The notes under the pieces are model-generated. The model saw nothing but the letters and a program-made list of their open reading frames with translations. It had not been told where the DNA came from and did not search any database. Source: an uncultured Actinomycetota bacterium (GTDB taxonomy: Bacteria; Actinomycetota; Humimicrobiia; Humimicrobiales; Humimicrobiaceae). Taken from it: 64,000 nt of DNA. This document shows positions 9,258-19,121 of this stretch, piece after piece. Position numbers and translations under genes: made by a program. Numbering within the stretch: position 1 is the first letter of the stretch; the number at the start of each line of letters is the position of its first letter. The DNA lies in contig CAZODQ010000005.1 in the NCBI GenBank assembly GCA_964578625.1, positions 1,260 to 65,259 of the forward strand. Direction: 5' to 3'.

Positions 9258-10346
9258 ATGAAAATAATAAAATCCATCATTATTGTATTAATAGTTATAT
9301 TTTTACTATTAATTGCATTTCCAGCCTGTAAGAGCAGAGCAGTGCCTGGAGAGCTTGATGTATATGTGTGGGAAGGATACCTGCCGGAGAAAGTCTCAGA
9401 AATGTTTGAGGAGGAAACCGGTATAAAGCTGAATATCAACTTTATAGCAGATAATGCTTCAATCTTTACTCTGCTTAAAGGTGGAGGACACGCAGATATT
9501 ATCATGCCTACACAAAATCAGGTAAATCGTTTCTACACCGAAAATCTGGCCCAGCCCCTTGATTTGGAAAAAATTCCTAACTACGAAAATGTTTCTGATT
9601 CCTTCAAAAATCAGAGCTGGAGTATGTGGGATGGGAGTCAGATGGGATCAGGGGACACATATGTGATCGCCTATGTGTTTGGGACTAGCGGCATTGTGGT
9701 GAATACTGAAAAATATACCGGCTCGCTTGAAGGAATCGGCTGGGAAATATTATTTGATCCGGAGCTTAAGTCAAGGGTGTCTTCAAGAAATTCTGCAGAG
9801 TCACTGATGATATGCCTGGACCTTCTGGGGATTCCCAGAGAAAATCTTATGACTAATACCCAGGAAACACTTGATGATGCAAGGGATAAGGCAATTGAAT
9901 TAAAAAATAATGTACTTAAATTTTATGATACCGGTGCTGAGCTGCTTGACCTCCTAAACAATGAAGAAGTATGGGTCAGCCATATCTGGGATGGCGGAGG
10001 GAGAAAACTTGAGGCCTCTGATCCGAAATTTAAGTATGTACTGCCCTCAACCGGAGGCTTCGGATGGACTGATACATTTATGATACCTGCAAGTGCGGTA
10101 AATCCCGAAGGTGCATATAAGTTTATTGATTTCATGCTTAGAACTGACATCGCAGCTTTAGTGACTACTGAAGGCGGCTATTCAACTACAGTTAAGGGTT
10201 CGATAGATCTGGCAGAAGGTATAGATAAAGAACTGTACGTATTTACAGAGGATGAACTGAAAAATCTTGTATGGCAATTGAACTTTCCCGAGGATGTGAT
10301 CAAGGCTTATAATGATTTCTGGGAAGAACTCTCGACTGTGGATTAA
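9258..10346 (+). CDS. ABC transporter periplasmic substrate-binding protein (PotD/PotF-like)
   Basis: Signal peptide with lipobox (AFPAC), length and composition fit an SBP, and it sits between the permeases and the ATPase. Confidence 0.65.
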   Translation: MKIIKSIIIVLIVIFLLLIAFPACKSRAVPGELDVYVWEGYLPEKVSEMFEEETGIKLNINFIADNASIFTLLKGGGHADIIMPTQNQVNRFYTENLAQPLDLEKIPNYENVSDSFKNQSWSMWDGSQMGSGDTYVIAYVFGTSGIVVNTEKYTGSLEGIGWEILFDPELKSRVSSRNSAESLMICLDLLGIPRENLMTNTQETLDDARDKAIELKNNVLKFYDTGAELLDLLNNEEVWVSHIWDGGGRKLEASDPKFKYVLPSTGGFGWTDTFMIPASAVNPEGAYKFIDFMLRTDIAALVTTEGGYSTTVKGSIDLAEGIDKELYVFTEDELKNLVWQLNFPEDVIKAYNDFWEELSTVD

Positions 10347-10384
10347 TAAATAGGACGAAGCAGGTCCGGATATTTTAAAACTTT

Positions 10385-11506
10385 ATGAAATATATTGTAC
10401 AGGTAGATAAGATATCAAAAAGCTATGGTAAGGTCTTGGCTATCGACGGGATCAGTTTTAAGGTAAAAGAAGGCGAGTTTTTTTCTATTCTTGGACCATC
10501 AGGATGCGGTAAGACTACAATTTTAAGAATACTGGGCGGTTTTATTAATCAGGATTCCGGAACGGTTTTAATTGACGGAAAGGATATGGAGGATATCCCT
10601 CCCAACAGGAGGGATACTGCCATGGTCTTCCAGAATCTGGCCCTTTTTCCCCATATGAATGTCAGGGAAAATATAATTTATGGATTGAAAAAGAGAAGGT
10701 TTCCCGACTGGAGGATTAGAGAAGAACTGACTAGTATTTTAGGTATAGTAAATCTAAAAGGATTTGGGTCAAGGAGAATTTCAGAACTTTCCGGTGGCCA
10801 GCAGCAAAGAGTTGCCCTGGCAAGATCGCTGATAGTAAAACCGAAAATATTGCTCCTTGACGAACCGCTGGCTTCACTGGATAAGAAACTCAGAGTTTCA
10901 ATGCAGGGAGAATTAAAAGAGATTCAGAGAAAAATCGGCACTACTTTCCTTTATGTTACCCATGATCAGAGCGAAGCTCTTACAATGTCGGATGATATTG
11001 CGGTTATGGATGAGGGAAGTATTATTCAAACAGGAAGCCCCGATATCATTTACAACTGCCCTCAGAGCATATTTGTTGCAGATTTTATCGGCGCAGGTAA
11101 TTTTATTCCTGTCTCTTCGGTAAAAAAAGACGGCCGAATTTTTGTAATGAAAACTAAAAAGGGCGGTAAGATTTTTTTAAGAGAGAACTTTAAAGAGCGG
11201 TGTGATTATATATCTAAAAAGAAGGAAACCGCAAAGTTTAGAGCAGGAATGACCACGCCGGTATTTTTCATCAGGCCTGAAAAAATAAGAATATCCGGAA
11301 AGCAAAAAAAAGTCAGAAACTGCTTTAAGGGAAGGGTGAAGTCAACTGTATTTGAAGGTCCTGATATAAAGCTTGAAGTGGATTCGAAAGACCTGGGGAA
11401 AGTAAGAATTGAAATAAAAAATGTTGGAAACATTCCAGGTTTTAAGCAAGGCTCAAGTATTTTGTTTTACTGGGACTACACCGACGGGATTCTTCTGGAG
11501 CATTAA
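10385..11506 (+). CDS. ABC transporter ATP-binding protein (PotA-like, with C-terminal TOBE-like domain)
   Basis: Walker A GPSGCGKTT, signature LSGGQQQRVALAR and Walker B LLLDEPL. Confidence 0.85.
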   Translation: MKYIVQVDKISKSYGKVLAIDGISFKVKEGEFFSILGPSGCGKTTILRILGGFINQDSGTVLIDGKDMEDIPPNRRDTAMVFQNLALFPHMNVRENIIYGLKKRRFPDWRIREELTSILGIVNLKGFGSRRISELSGGQQQRVALARSLIVKPKILLLDEPLASLDKKLRVSMQGELKEIQRKIGTTFLYVTHDQSEALTMSDDIAVMDEGSIIQTGSPDIIYNCPQSIFVADFIGAGNFIPVSSVKKDGRIFVMKTKKGGKIFLRENFKERCDYISKKKETAKFRAGMTTPVFFIRPEKIRISGKQKKVRNCFKGRVKSTVFEGPDIKLEVDSKDLGKVRIEIKNVGNIPGFKQGSSILFYWDYTDGILLEH

Positions 11507-11539
11507 GCCTGCCTGCTTCACTTAGAATTTTTTTAAGTC

Positions 11540-12526
11540 TTAGAATTTTTCCGGATAGCAGGCTTTCATAGCAGAAATAATCGATTCTTTAAGTCTTCCT
11601 CTACTATACCCCAGCTTTTCCGCAGTATCCGAAGGATCAAAGAACAGATTATGGGTCAAGATGTCGCGCATAAGGTATTTGGCATCAAGGCCGCCTTCCA
11701 AACCTTTTTTCTTCCATTCCTTATTTATCATACTACCGGCTATAACAGCTATAAACCGTGGAATATTTATTATTTTTTTATGCATTCCTACAGTTGAAAA
11801 CATCATATCCAGCATTTCGTTGTATGAGTGGTTTTCATCACCAACGGTATAATGCTTGCCGTGTTCTCCGTACTCCAGAGCTCCTATTATTGCTTCACCG
11901 ACATGCTCTGCTGCAATCATATTTGTCCCACCTTTTGGAAAAAAAATGATTTTACTTTTTATAATACGGTCCAGTAAAACATCCTTCCACAAAGGAATAC
12001 GGTTGGGCATTGAGCCAAATATATAAGGAGGTTCCAGGATCATAACTGCCATTTCGCCATTGCCTGCGGCAACTGCACGCTCTGCCTGTTCTACACGGCA
12101 TTTTATATATGGATGGTGTTTACTCAGCTCTTTTTCAGGCCAGATCCTGTCAAAATATGCAAAATAAGAATTAAGTATAACGCATTTTCTAACTCCTGCC
12201 CTTCGTGCTGCAGTTACGACTTTTTCGCAAGATTCCACAAGTCTTGTATAAAAAAACTCATAAGCGGGTGCAGGCGGTGTGATCCTGTCGTCTGGGCCTA
12301 CAGCATATACCATAGCATCATAACCGGTAAAGTGTTCCTGCAGGTTTTTCTCTGAAAGTTCAAATACGTCACCGTACCGGACATTTACCTCTCCGGGATA
12401 CCAGTCCCCGAGTTCTATGTCGTCAACTGCAAGAGTATCAACAGAGTATCCTCTATCCAGTGCTACAAGTAGTGCGTGGTATCCTAAAAGTCCGGTTCCA
12501 CCTACAATTATGATTTTCATATGCAT
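11540..12526 (-). CDS. NAD-dependent epimerase/dehydratase (extended SDR family)
   Basis: N-terminal Rossmann motif IIVGGTGLLGYH and a length of 328 aa. Confidence 0.6.
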   Translation of the reverse strand: MHMKIIIVGGTGLLGYHALLVALDRGYSVDTLAVDDIELGDWYPGEVNVRYGDVFELSEKNLQEHFTGYDAMVYAVGPDDRITPPAPAYEFFYTRLVESCEKVVTAARRAGVRKCVILNSYFAYFDRIWPEKELSKHHPYIKCRVEQAERAVAAGNGEMAVMILEPPYIFGSMPNRIPLWKDVLLDRIIKSKIIFFPKGGTNMIAAEHVGEAIIGALEYGEHGKHYTVGDENHSYNEMLDMMFSTVGMHKKIINIPRFIAVIAGSMINKEWKKKGLEGGLDAKYLMRDILTHNLFFDPSDTAEKLGYSRGRLKESIISAMKACYPEKF

Positions 12527-12803
12527 CGTTCCTATAAGATTAAGAAAAAGAGTAATGCTGCTACTTTAAATATATAGAGTTTATTTTTTATAATGATTAA
12601 CCTCCAAAGGGATAATTATCTGTTTTTATAATTATACTATTTTTATATTTATTATATAAAAAAGTATGTAGATAAAATATTGATATTCGGAATTATATCT
12701 TAACAAGTGGTAATTAGAAATTATATATTATTTTAAATCCTACTTTTATATAATCTGATAAATATTATAATTATTTTATTGATTTTTATTTTTATACAAA
12801 ACA

Positions 12804-13610
12804 ATGGGTCGGCGGTTACTTAAATTTTTAAAGAAACAAACGTTAAAGGCATTAAAGGAAAAGACTGATTTGATATTGATTGCGGTTTTTATAATCATGA
12901 TCCTGATTTGTATTATAAATAACGCTGTATTGCAGAAAGATTATACGGATGCTGTACAGGGACAACTTGAAAATGCCGGGATTGATAATATAAGCAGCCT
13001 GACTTCTAACAGTGAAGGTTCTACTGAAGCTGATATTGCAGCACCGGCTGATTCAGGTCTTCCGGATGTTGTTGCTGTTGAAGAAATACCGGCAGGAAAT
13101 GACGAATCAGATGAATTAGTTCAAGTACTCGAAGAAGAAGATAATATTATTGTGAAGGGGGATATTATGGAGGAAGACAATTCCTTGGATAATAATCCAG
13201 CCCTTGAAGAAGATCAGGATATTGATTTTAGCAATAGTGATAATTTTAAAATCGAAGTAGATTTAGGAAAACAAAAAGTATTTGTATATTATAAGGAAAA
13301 AATTATAAGAGAAATGGTATGCTCAGGAGGAGCTGAAAGTTCACCTACGCCCACGGGAGAGTTTACAACTTCCCAAAAGATTGAATATGATTGGATAGAA
13401 AGGTTTGATATGGGCGCATACTATTGGGTTAGATTTTACAAAACTTATCTTTTTCACAGCATTCCTTTCGATAAGGAAGGAAATATGATGATGGTGGAAT
13501 ACGAAAAACTCGGAAACCCTGTAAGCCACGGTTGCATCAGGCTGAAAGTGGAAGAGGCAAAATGGTTATATGAAAAGCTGCCTTTGGGAGTAAAAGTACT
13601 TATATATTGA
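12804..13610 (+). CDS. L,D-transpeptidase (YkuD domain) with N-terminal TM anchor and acidic linker
   Basis: The catalytic motif SHGCIRL is near the C-terminus. There is an N-terminal TM helix and an E/D-rich linker. Confidence 0.7.
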   Translation: MGRRLLKFLKKQTLKALKEKTDLILIAVFIIMILICIINNAVLQKDYTDAVQGQLENAGIDNISSLTSNSEGSTEADIAAPADSGLPDVVAVEEIPAGNDESDELVQVLEEEDNIIVKGDIMEEDNSLDNNPALEEDQDIDFSNSDNFKIEVDLGKQKVFVYYKEKIIREMVCSGGAESSPTPTGEFTTSQKIEYDWIERFDMGAYYWVRFYKTYLFHSIPFDKEGNMMMVEYEKLGNPVSHGCIRLKVEEAKWLYEKLPLGVKVLIY

Positions 13611-13678
13611 TTATCAAATATAAAAAAACCAGTTTAACATCAAAATAAAACTTCCTTTATAAAAAGCTATATAGTCGA

Positions 13679-13732
13679 TTGACAAAATAAACACTGGGAA
13701 TATAATTACATTAATATTGAAAATCATTATCA
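13679..13732 (+). promoter_or_regulatory. sigma70-like promoter (TTGACA-16-TATAAT) followed by Fur-box-like 7-1-7 operator TGAAAATCATTATCA upstream of the Fur::NuoE gene
   Basis: ttgaca sits at 13679-13684 and tataat at 13701-13706. tgaaaatcattatca at 13718-13732 matches the Bacillus-type Fur 7-1-7 consensus TGATAATnATTATCA at 14 of 15 positions. Confidence 0.5.
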
Positions 13733-13763
13733 TTATCAATTAATAACTATTAAAACCTGTAAA

Positions 13764-14717
13764 ATGGAGAATAAAAAAAGAGATATTGACGTCTATAAGA
13801 AAAAGATAAAGGATAATGGTTTTAGGCTTACCGGTACCAGAACGGCTGTACTGGACATTATGATTAAAAGTTCCGTAGACTTAGATGCGGAAGAATTATT
13901 TTTCCTATCCCATAAAAAATTCCCCGGAATAGGACAGGCAACGGTCTACCGTACTTTAAAACTTCTGGAAAAAGAAAATCTGGTGGAAAGGACTGGATTT
14001 AAAGACAACAAAGCAAAGTACAGGATAAAGGACAGTAAGGATTTAGGTTTAAGGGATTCTTCTCTAGTGTCAAAAAAAAGTGATGAAGATAAAAGTATAA
14101 AGAAGACAGAGAACAGTCATTCGTTGAAAATTGACCATGAGAATACCTACGGGAGTTACGGAGATATGGAAAGAATAAATGCAATTCAGGATCGGCTTAC
14201 CGGATTGCTCAGTGATTTAAATAAAATAAAAAATAGAAAGGAGCTGGCATTGGAAGATGTAATGAAAGATTTTGGAGAAGTAGATAGAATAGTCGGTAAT
14301 TACCAAAATCAAAAAAGCTGCTTGATACAGATACTTCTGGATGTTCAAAATGAGTATAATTGGCTCCCTAAGCACATTATACTTTACATTAGTAACAAAA
14401 TGGGTATTCCTGTTTCAAATATTTACGATATCACTACTTTTTATAAATATTTTAATTTGGAACCCCGGGGAAAACACTCAATTATAGTCTGCACGGGTAC
14501 GGCATGTCACATCAGGGGAGCAGTGGATCTTCTTCAAAGAATTACTAATGTCCTGGAAATAAAACCAGGAGATACGACCGGCGATTATAATTTTACTCTG
14601 GATACGGTCAATTGTCTGGGCTGTTGTGCGCTGGGTCCCGTGATGATGATTGATAAAAAATATTTTAGCAATCCTTCTATAGTGGAGTTAAAAAAAATAT
14701 TAAAACAATTTAATTAA
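13764..14717 (+). CDS. fusion protein: Fur-family winged-helix DNA-binding domain + linker + NuoE/HndA-type thioredoxin-like [2Fe-2S] domain
   Basis: Residues ~15-95 match the Fur DNA-binding domain (LTGTRTAVLDIM...AEELFFL...IGQATVYRTLKLLEKENLVER...KAKYRI) but lack the Fur metal-binding C-domain. Residues ~190-317 match the NuoE 24-kDa subunit (IVCTGTACHIRGA...VNCLGCCALGPVMMID). Confidence 0.7.
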   Translation: MENKKRDIDVYKKKIKDNGFRLTGTRTAVLDIMIKSSVDLDAEELFFLSHKKFPGIGQATVYRTLKLLEKENLVERTGFKDNKAKYRIKDSKDLGLRDSSLVSKKSDEDKSIKKTENSHSLKIDHENTYGSYGDMERINAIQDRLTGLLSDLNKIKNRKELALEDVMKDFGEVDRIVGNYQNQKSCLIQILLDVQNEYNWLPKHIILYISNKMGIPVSNIYDITTFYKYFNLEPRGKHSIIVCTGTACHIRGAVDLLQRITNVLEIKPGDTTGDYNFTLDTVNCLGCCALGPVMMIDKKYFSNPSIVELKKILKQFN

Positions 14718-14751
14718 AAATGATCGATGTTAACTAAAAGAAAAGCAGGTA

Positions 14752-16671
14752 TTGAAAATGAAAGCAAAAAATAAAAAAATTAGTTCCTTAAAAGATTTAA
14801 AGGAAAAAGCCGGTGAGTTTGAGAAAAAACTTGAAGGATGCACAGTTATTTCAATATGCTCAGGGACAGGATGTATGGCTTATTCCTCTGATGTTATTTA
14901 CAGCGGGCTCAGAAAGGAAATTGAAAAGCAAAGTAATAAAAGTATTAAGAAGATTGTCCTAAAGAGAACGGGATGCCATGGATACTGTGAAAGAGGTCCG
15001 ATCATAGTTATACACCCGCAGGAAATATGTTATCTGGGAGTAAAGGAAAAAGATATACCGGAAATCGTTGAAAAAACTATAAAAGGTGAGATCGCCGAAA
15101 GTCTTCTTTATAAAGATGAACAGGGAAATCCGATAATCAAGGAAACTGATATTCCATTTTATAAGTTTCAGAAAAGGATTATTTTAAGCAATAATTCTAA
15201 GATAGATCCTGCAAGTATTGACGATTATATAAGGATAGGAGGTTACCAGTCTCTGGCGAAGGTTTTAAAACAAATGCACCCCGAAGAAGTATTACAGGAA
15301 GTAAAGAATGCCAATCTGAGAGGCAGGGGCGGTGGCGGTTTTCCAGCCGGTGTTAAATGGGAGACCACCAGAAAAGCTCATGCTGAACCCAAATATGTAA
15401 TAGTCAATGCAGATGAAGGAGACCCCGGCGCTTATATGGATAGGAGTGTACTGGAAGGCAATCCTCATAGTATTTTAGAAGGTCTTACCATAGGAGCATA
15501 TGCGATAGGTTCAGAAAAAGGTTTTATATATGTCAGACAGGAATATCCTCAAGCGGTAGTTAATGTAAATAAGGCGATCAAGCAGGCTAAAGAGTACGGA
15601 TTCCTGGGTAAAAATATATTAGGCTCCGGATTTGATTTCGATATAGAAATCCACCGGGGTGCAGGAGCTTTTGTCTCAGGAGAATCGAGTGCGTTAACAG
15701 CTGCAATTGAAGGTTGTGTCGGCGAGCCAAGGCTAAAATATATAAGAACTGCTGTAAGCGGTTTATGGGGTAAACCAACAAATTTAAATAATGTTGAGAC
15801 CTGGGCTAATGTTCCATTGATCATAAAAAGTGGTGCTGATTGGTTCAGGAGCATGGGGACCAAAAACAGCAGCGGGACGAAAATCTTTTCACTGGTCGGT
15901 AAAGTTAAAAATACAGGATTGGTCGAAGTTCCAATGGGAATCAGCCTCAGGGATATTATTTATAAAATTGGCGGCGGTATTAAATATGATAAAAAGTTTA
16001 AAGCTGTACAAACCGGAGGTCCATCCGGAGGAGTAATTCCTGAAAAGCTGCTTGATCTCCCGGTTGATTTTGATGAGTTGACCAAAGCGGGATCGATGAT
16101 GGGTTCCGGTGGAATGATTGTTATGGATGAATCAGACTGTATGGTAAATGTAGCACATTATTTCCTAAAATTTTTAGCGGATGAATCGTGCGGCAAATGT
16201 GTTCCCTGCAGAGAGGGCTTAAGGCAGATGATTTATATCTATGAAAGGATAATGGAAGGAAAAGGCCGGGAAGAAGATCTGCAGCTTCTGGAAGATTTAT
16301 CGCTGCTGCTTAAGGAAGCTTCCTTATGTGCTCTGGGGAATACTGCACCGAATATTGTACTGACTACTCTAAAGTATTTCAGAGAGGAGTATGAAGCTCA
16401 TATTTTTGATAAAAAATGTCCTGCAAAAGTCTGCAAGTCTTTGATAAGTTATATCATAGATAAAAATAAATGTGCCGGCTGCGGAAGCTGCATGAAGGTG
16501 TGTCCGGTAAATGCAATAAGCGGGGAAAAGAAAAAACCACATGTTATAGATGACGAAATCTGCATCAGATGCGGTTCTTGCATAGAAGCCTGTCCGAGGA
16601 AGTATGATGCTATTGAAAAGAAGACAGGATTAATTGCAGAGAGGGTAAAACAGAGTTTAATCGGAGAATAA
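14752..16671 (+). CDS. NuoF-like NADH-binding flavoprotein subunit (HndC/HydB type) with N-terminal Trx-like [2Fe-2S] domain and C-terminal 2x[4Fe-4S] ferredoxin domain
   Basis: The NAD/FMN site is [14 protein letters not shown] and the N3 cluster site is [12 protein letters not shown]. The C-terminus has [12 protein letters not shown] and [12 protein letters not shown]. The N-terminus has the CSGTGC...CHGYC 2Fe-2S pattern. Confidence 0.85.
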   Translation: MKMKAKNKKISSLKDLKEKAGEFEKKLEGCTVISICSGTGCMAYSSDVIYSGLRKEIEKQSNKSIKKIVLKRTGCHGYCERGPIIVIHPQEICYLGVKEKDIPEIVEKTIKGEIAESLLYKDEQGNPIIKETDIPFYKFQKRIILSNNSKIDPASIDDYIRIGGYQSLAKVLKQMHPEEVLQEVKNANLRGRGGGGFPAGVKWETTRKAHAEPKYVIVNADEGDPGAYMDRSVLEGNPHSILEGLTIGAYAIGSEKGFIYVRQEYPQAVVNVNKAIKQAKEYGFLGKNILGSGFDFDIEIHRGAGAFVSGESSALTAAIEGCVGEPRLKYIRTAVSGLWGKPTNLNNVETWANVPLIIKSGADWFRSMGTKNSSGTKIFSLVGKVKNTGLVEVPMGISLRDIIYKIGGGIKYDKKFKAVQTGGPSGGVIPEKLLDLPVDFDELTKAGSMMGSGGMIVMDESDCMVNVAHYFLKFLADESCGKCVPCREGLRQMIYIYERIMEGKGREEDLQLLEDLSLLLKEASLCALGNTAPNIVLTTLKYFREEYEAHIFDKKCPAKVCKSLISYIIDKNKCAGCGSCMKVCPVNAISGEKKKPHVIDDEICIRCGSCIEACPRKYDAIEKKTGLIAERVKQSLIGE

Positions 16672-16711
16672 ATATTGGTAGATAAATTTATTTAAATAGA
16701 ATTAGAGGTAT

Positions 16712-17335
16712 ATGATTATGAATAATAAAAAAGATAGTTTGTCTGAGAAAAAAATTAATGTAATTATAGATGGTCAAAACATTAAAGTGAATAAAGGTGA
16801 TACCATACTACAGACTGCTGAGAAGACCGGGATTCATATTCCCAAATTGTGTTATCACGAGAAAATAAAACCCCATGGGGCCTGCAGATTATGTATTGTC
16901 GAAGTAGAAAAAAAAGGAAGGTCAAAGATAGTTGCCTCCTGTGCTTATCCTGTTGAAGAGGGGCTTATAATCAATACGGAGAGTCCAAAGGTGGAACTGG
17001 TCAAAAAAAATCTTGTGGAATTATATCTTGCATTATTCCCCTTCAATCCTGAAATAAAAAGACTGGCTAAAAAGTACAAACTGAGCAAAACTAGGTTTAA
17101 AAAAGAGAACAATTATTGCATCCTGTGCGGGTTATGTGTAAGGTATTGCAGGGAAGTAAAGAAAAATAATGCCATAGGTTTTGTAGGTAGGGGTATAAAT
17201 AAAAAAGTTGTTTTCATTCCCGATTCTGCTTATTTCAAGTATTGTGAAAACTGTATGGAATGTATGGATATCTGTCCTACAGGAGTGTTCCCTTCCAATT
17301 ATGGAATAGAGAGAATTCCGCAGATTAGCGAGTAG
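16712..17335 (+). CDS. small iron-sulfur protein resembling the N-terminal [2Fe-2S]/[4Fe-4S] region of NuoG/HndD, with no catalytic domain
   Basis: A 2Fe-2S ferredoxin-like N-terminus (CYHEKIKPHGACRLCIVEVE...SC) is followed by 4Fe-4S motifs (CILCGLCVRYC and CENCMECMDICP). The protein is 207 aa. Confidence 0.6.
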   Translation: MIMNNKKDSLSEKKINVIIDGQNIKVNKGDTILQTAEKTGIHIPKLCYHEKIKPHGACRLCIVEVEKKGRSKIVASCAYPVEEGLIINTESPKVELVKKNLVELYLALFPFNPEIKRLAKKYKLSKTRFKKENNYCILCGLCVRYCREVKKNNAIGFVGRGINKKVVFIPDSAYFKYCENCMECMDICPTGVFPSNYGIERIPQISE

Positions 17336-17394
17336 AAGTAGTCTACTGCAGATTCTTATAAACAGAGTGACATTAAAAAAGACTGCTGCTGGTT

Positions 17395-18294
17395 TTATCT
17401 AAAAAAGAAATCAGCCCATATTTCGATAAATGAGGTATCCATATTTGGTGATTTCTTCTTATTTTTCCACAAATTCTTGAATCTATGATAGTCTTGTGTC
17501 CTGTTGATGTTAAAAAAATTAAGATCATCTATTCCACTTAATTCAAGATGGTAATTTAAAATAGTATCGATATTGAGATAATTAAAAATATCCGATATTT
17601 TATATTTTTTCTTTTCGATATTTTCTTCTAAAATATCCAAACAGTATTTTGAGTACAGCCCGCACAGTACTTCAAAACCTTTTTCAGTTTTAATTATTCT
17701 TGCGGCTTTTGTCCTGTTGTAACCGCTGTGTGCTGATATCGGTATGCTTTCATCTGACTCTTTGATATCAGCTTTTATATTATATATTAATAGCTGTAGT
17801 AATTTATATGAGATAAAAGGCATATCAAATGCGGTAATAATGGCGTAAAAATGGGCTGCACTGGAAAGACCTGTATATATACCGATGATAGGACCTTTGG
17901 CCGGATAACTCCGTAAATACTTTTTAGAGCCGGAAGTATCTGGATTACCAATATTGTTTCCATCCAAGATTATTCTTATGTTGGTATTTATGTCCGGGAA
18001 CATAGGAATTTTTTTACCAAGTTTTTCAGGATTCATTTTTAAATATCTTTTTATTTTGGAAGTATACAGCTTTTTAAAATCATATTTTTCTTGGTATTTT
18101 TTTATTTTTTCCAGTTCAGAAAAGACTATGGGATAGTTGTTAGCGGAAGTACTTATTATGATTTCATCACAAAAAAAACTTAGTTTAAAAATCTGGTCTA
18201 TAAAAAGGGGTACTGAACCGATTTTAATTTTTAATTTATTGAGACCGAATCTGCTCCCTTTTCCCCCTGTTAAAATTATACCTGTCAGATTCAT
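17395..18294 (-). CDS. MobA-like molybdenum cofactor guanylyltransferase domain protein with C-terminal extension
   Basis: The N-terminus (GIILTGGKGSRFG) matches the MobA nucleotide-binding loop. It is co-oriented downstream of fdhD and fdhA. Confidence 0.55.
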   Translation of the reverse strand: MNLTGIILTGGKGSRFGLNKLKIKIGSVPLFIDQIFKLSFFCDEIIISTSANNYPIVFSELEKIKKYQEKYDFKKLYTSKIKRYLKMNPEKLGKKIPMFPDINTNIRIILDGNNIGNPDTSGSKKYLRSYPAKGPIIGIYTGLSSAAHFYAIITAFDMPFISYKLLQLLIYNIKADIKESDESIPISAHSGYNRTKAARIIKTEKGFEVLCGLYSKYCLDILEENIEKKKYKISDIFNYLNIDTILNYHLELSGIDDLNFFNINRTQDYHRFKNLWKNKKKSPNMDTSFIEIWADFFFR

Positions 18295-19118
18295 TTGATT
18301 ATTCTCCGCGAATATGAATAAATATTAAATCTGCCGCTCCTTGCATATCCAATAGAAGTCAGACACATTTTTTTCGCAAGAGTAGCAGCACTAAAAGATA
18401 CAGAAGAATTGGTGACTACAATAGGGATTTGCATTCTGCAGATCTTATATACCAAATCAATACTCAATCTTCCGGTAGTGAATATTATTTTATCCTGGGG
18501 AATCAAATTACTTATCAGCATATAACCTGCGATTTTATCGATGCAATTATGCCTTCCAATATCTTCTGCCATATTAAGAAGATCACCGTTACTGTTAAAT
18601 AAGGTAGCACTGTGTAAACCTCCAAATTCTTTTTTATATTTCTGACGGTTTATAGTCTCTTTATTCAGTTTAAGTATAGTACTGGATTCAACCCTGACAT
18701 TGCTCTTTATCTTCTTCAGGCCTTTTTCTAATATAAGATCATCAATACTGCCGCATCCCGAAGATATAAATCTAGGGTTACTCTGAATTTCTTTTTTCTT
18801 TTTATCTGCAGCGGTTACAACTTCTATTCTTAAAGCCAGATCATTTCTGCTTATAATTTTATTTATATCATGGCTGCATATTTTTAAAAGCTCAATATCC
18901 GAATAATTTTGGATGTAATTGTTATTGACCAGATAACCGACTGTAAGTTCGATCAGGCTGGCGGGGGAACATGAGATTAATACAATATCACGGCTATTCA
19001 AAGAGATTGTTAAAATCAGTTCGAAGGGAATGGTATCGATTAGCTCAGACCTGCCTGAAGAGGCTTTAATTTTTTCGATTTTAATATTTTTACCTAATTT
19101 TGAAGTTTTTCTTCCCAT
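18291..19118 (-). CDS. fdhD: formate dehydrogenase accessory sulfurtransferase FdhD
   Basis: The EDIGRHNCIDK motif, the size and the position next to fdhA all fit FdhD. Confidence 0.75.
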   Translation of the reverse strand: MGRKTSKLGKNIKIEKIKASSGRSELIDTIPFELILTISLNSRDIVLISCSPASLIELTVGYLVNNNYIQNYSDIELLKICSHDINKIISRNDLALRIEVVTAADKKKKEIQSNPRFISSGCGSIDDLILEKGLKKIKSNVRVESSTILKLNKETINRQKYKKEFGGLHSATLFNSNGDLLNMAEDIGRHNCIDKIAGYMLISNLIPQDKIIFTTGRLSIDLVYKICRMQIPIVVTNSSVSFSAATLAKKMCLTSIGYARSGRFNIYSYSRRIIK

Positions 19119-19121
19119 TTA

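Noticed and set aside
11505-11570. A tandem cttagaattttt(t) repeat and an aagcctgc/gcaggctt inverted repeat between the convergent ABC ATPase and epimerase genes.
   Set aside because: It overlaps the epimerase stop region. The stem arms are short and widely spaced. It is probably a weak terminator or fortuitous, and is not distinctive.
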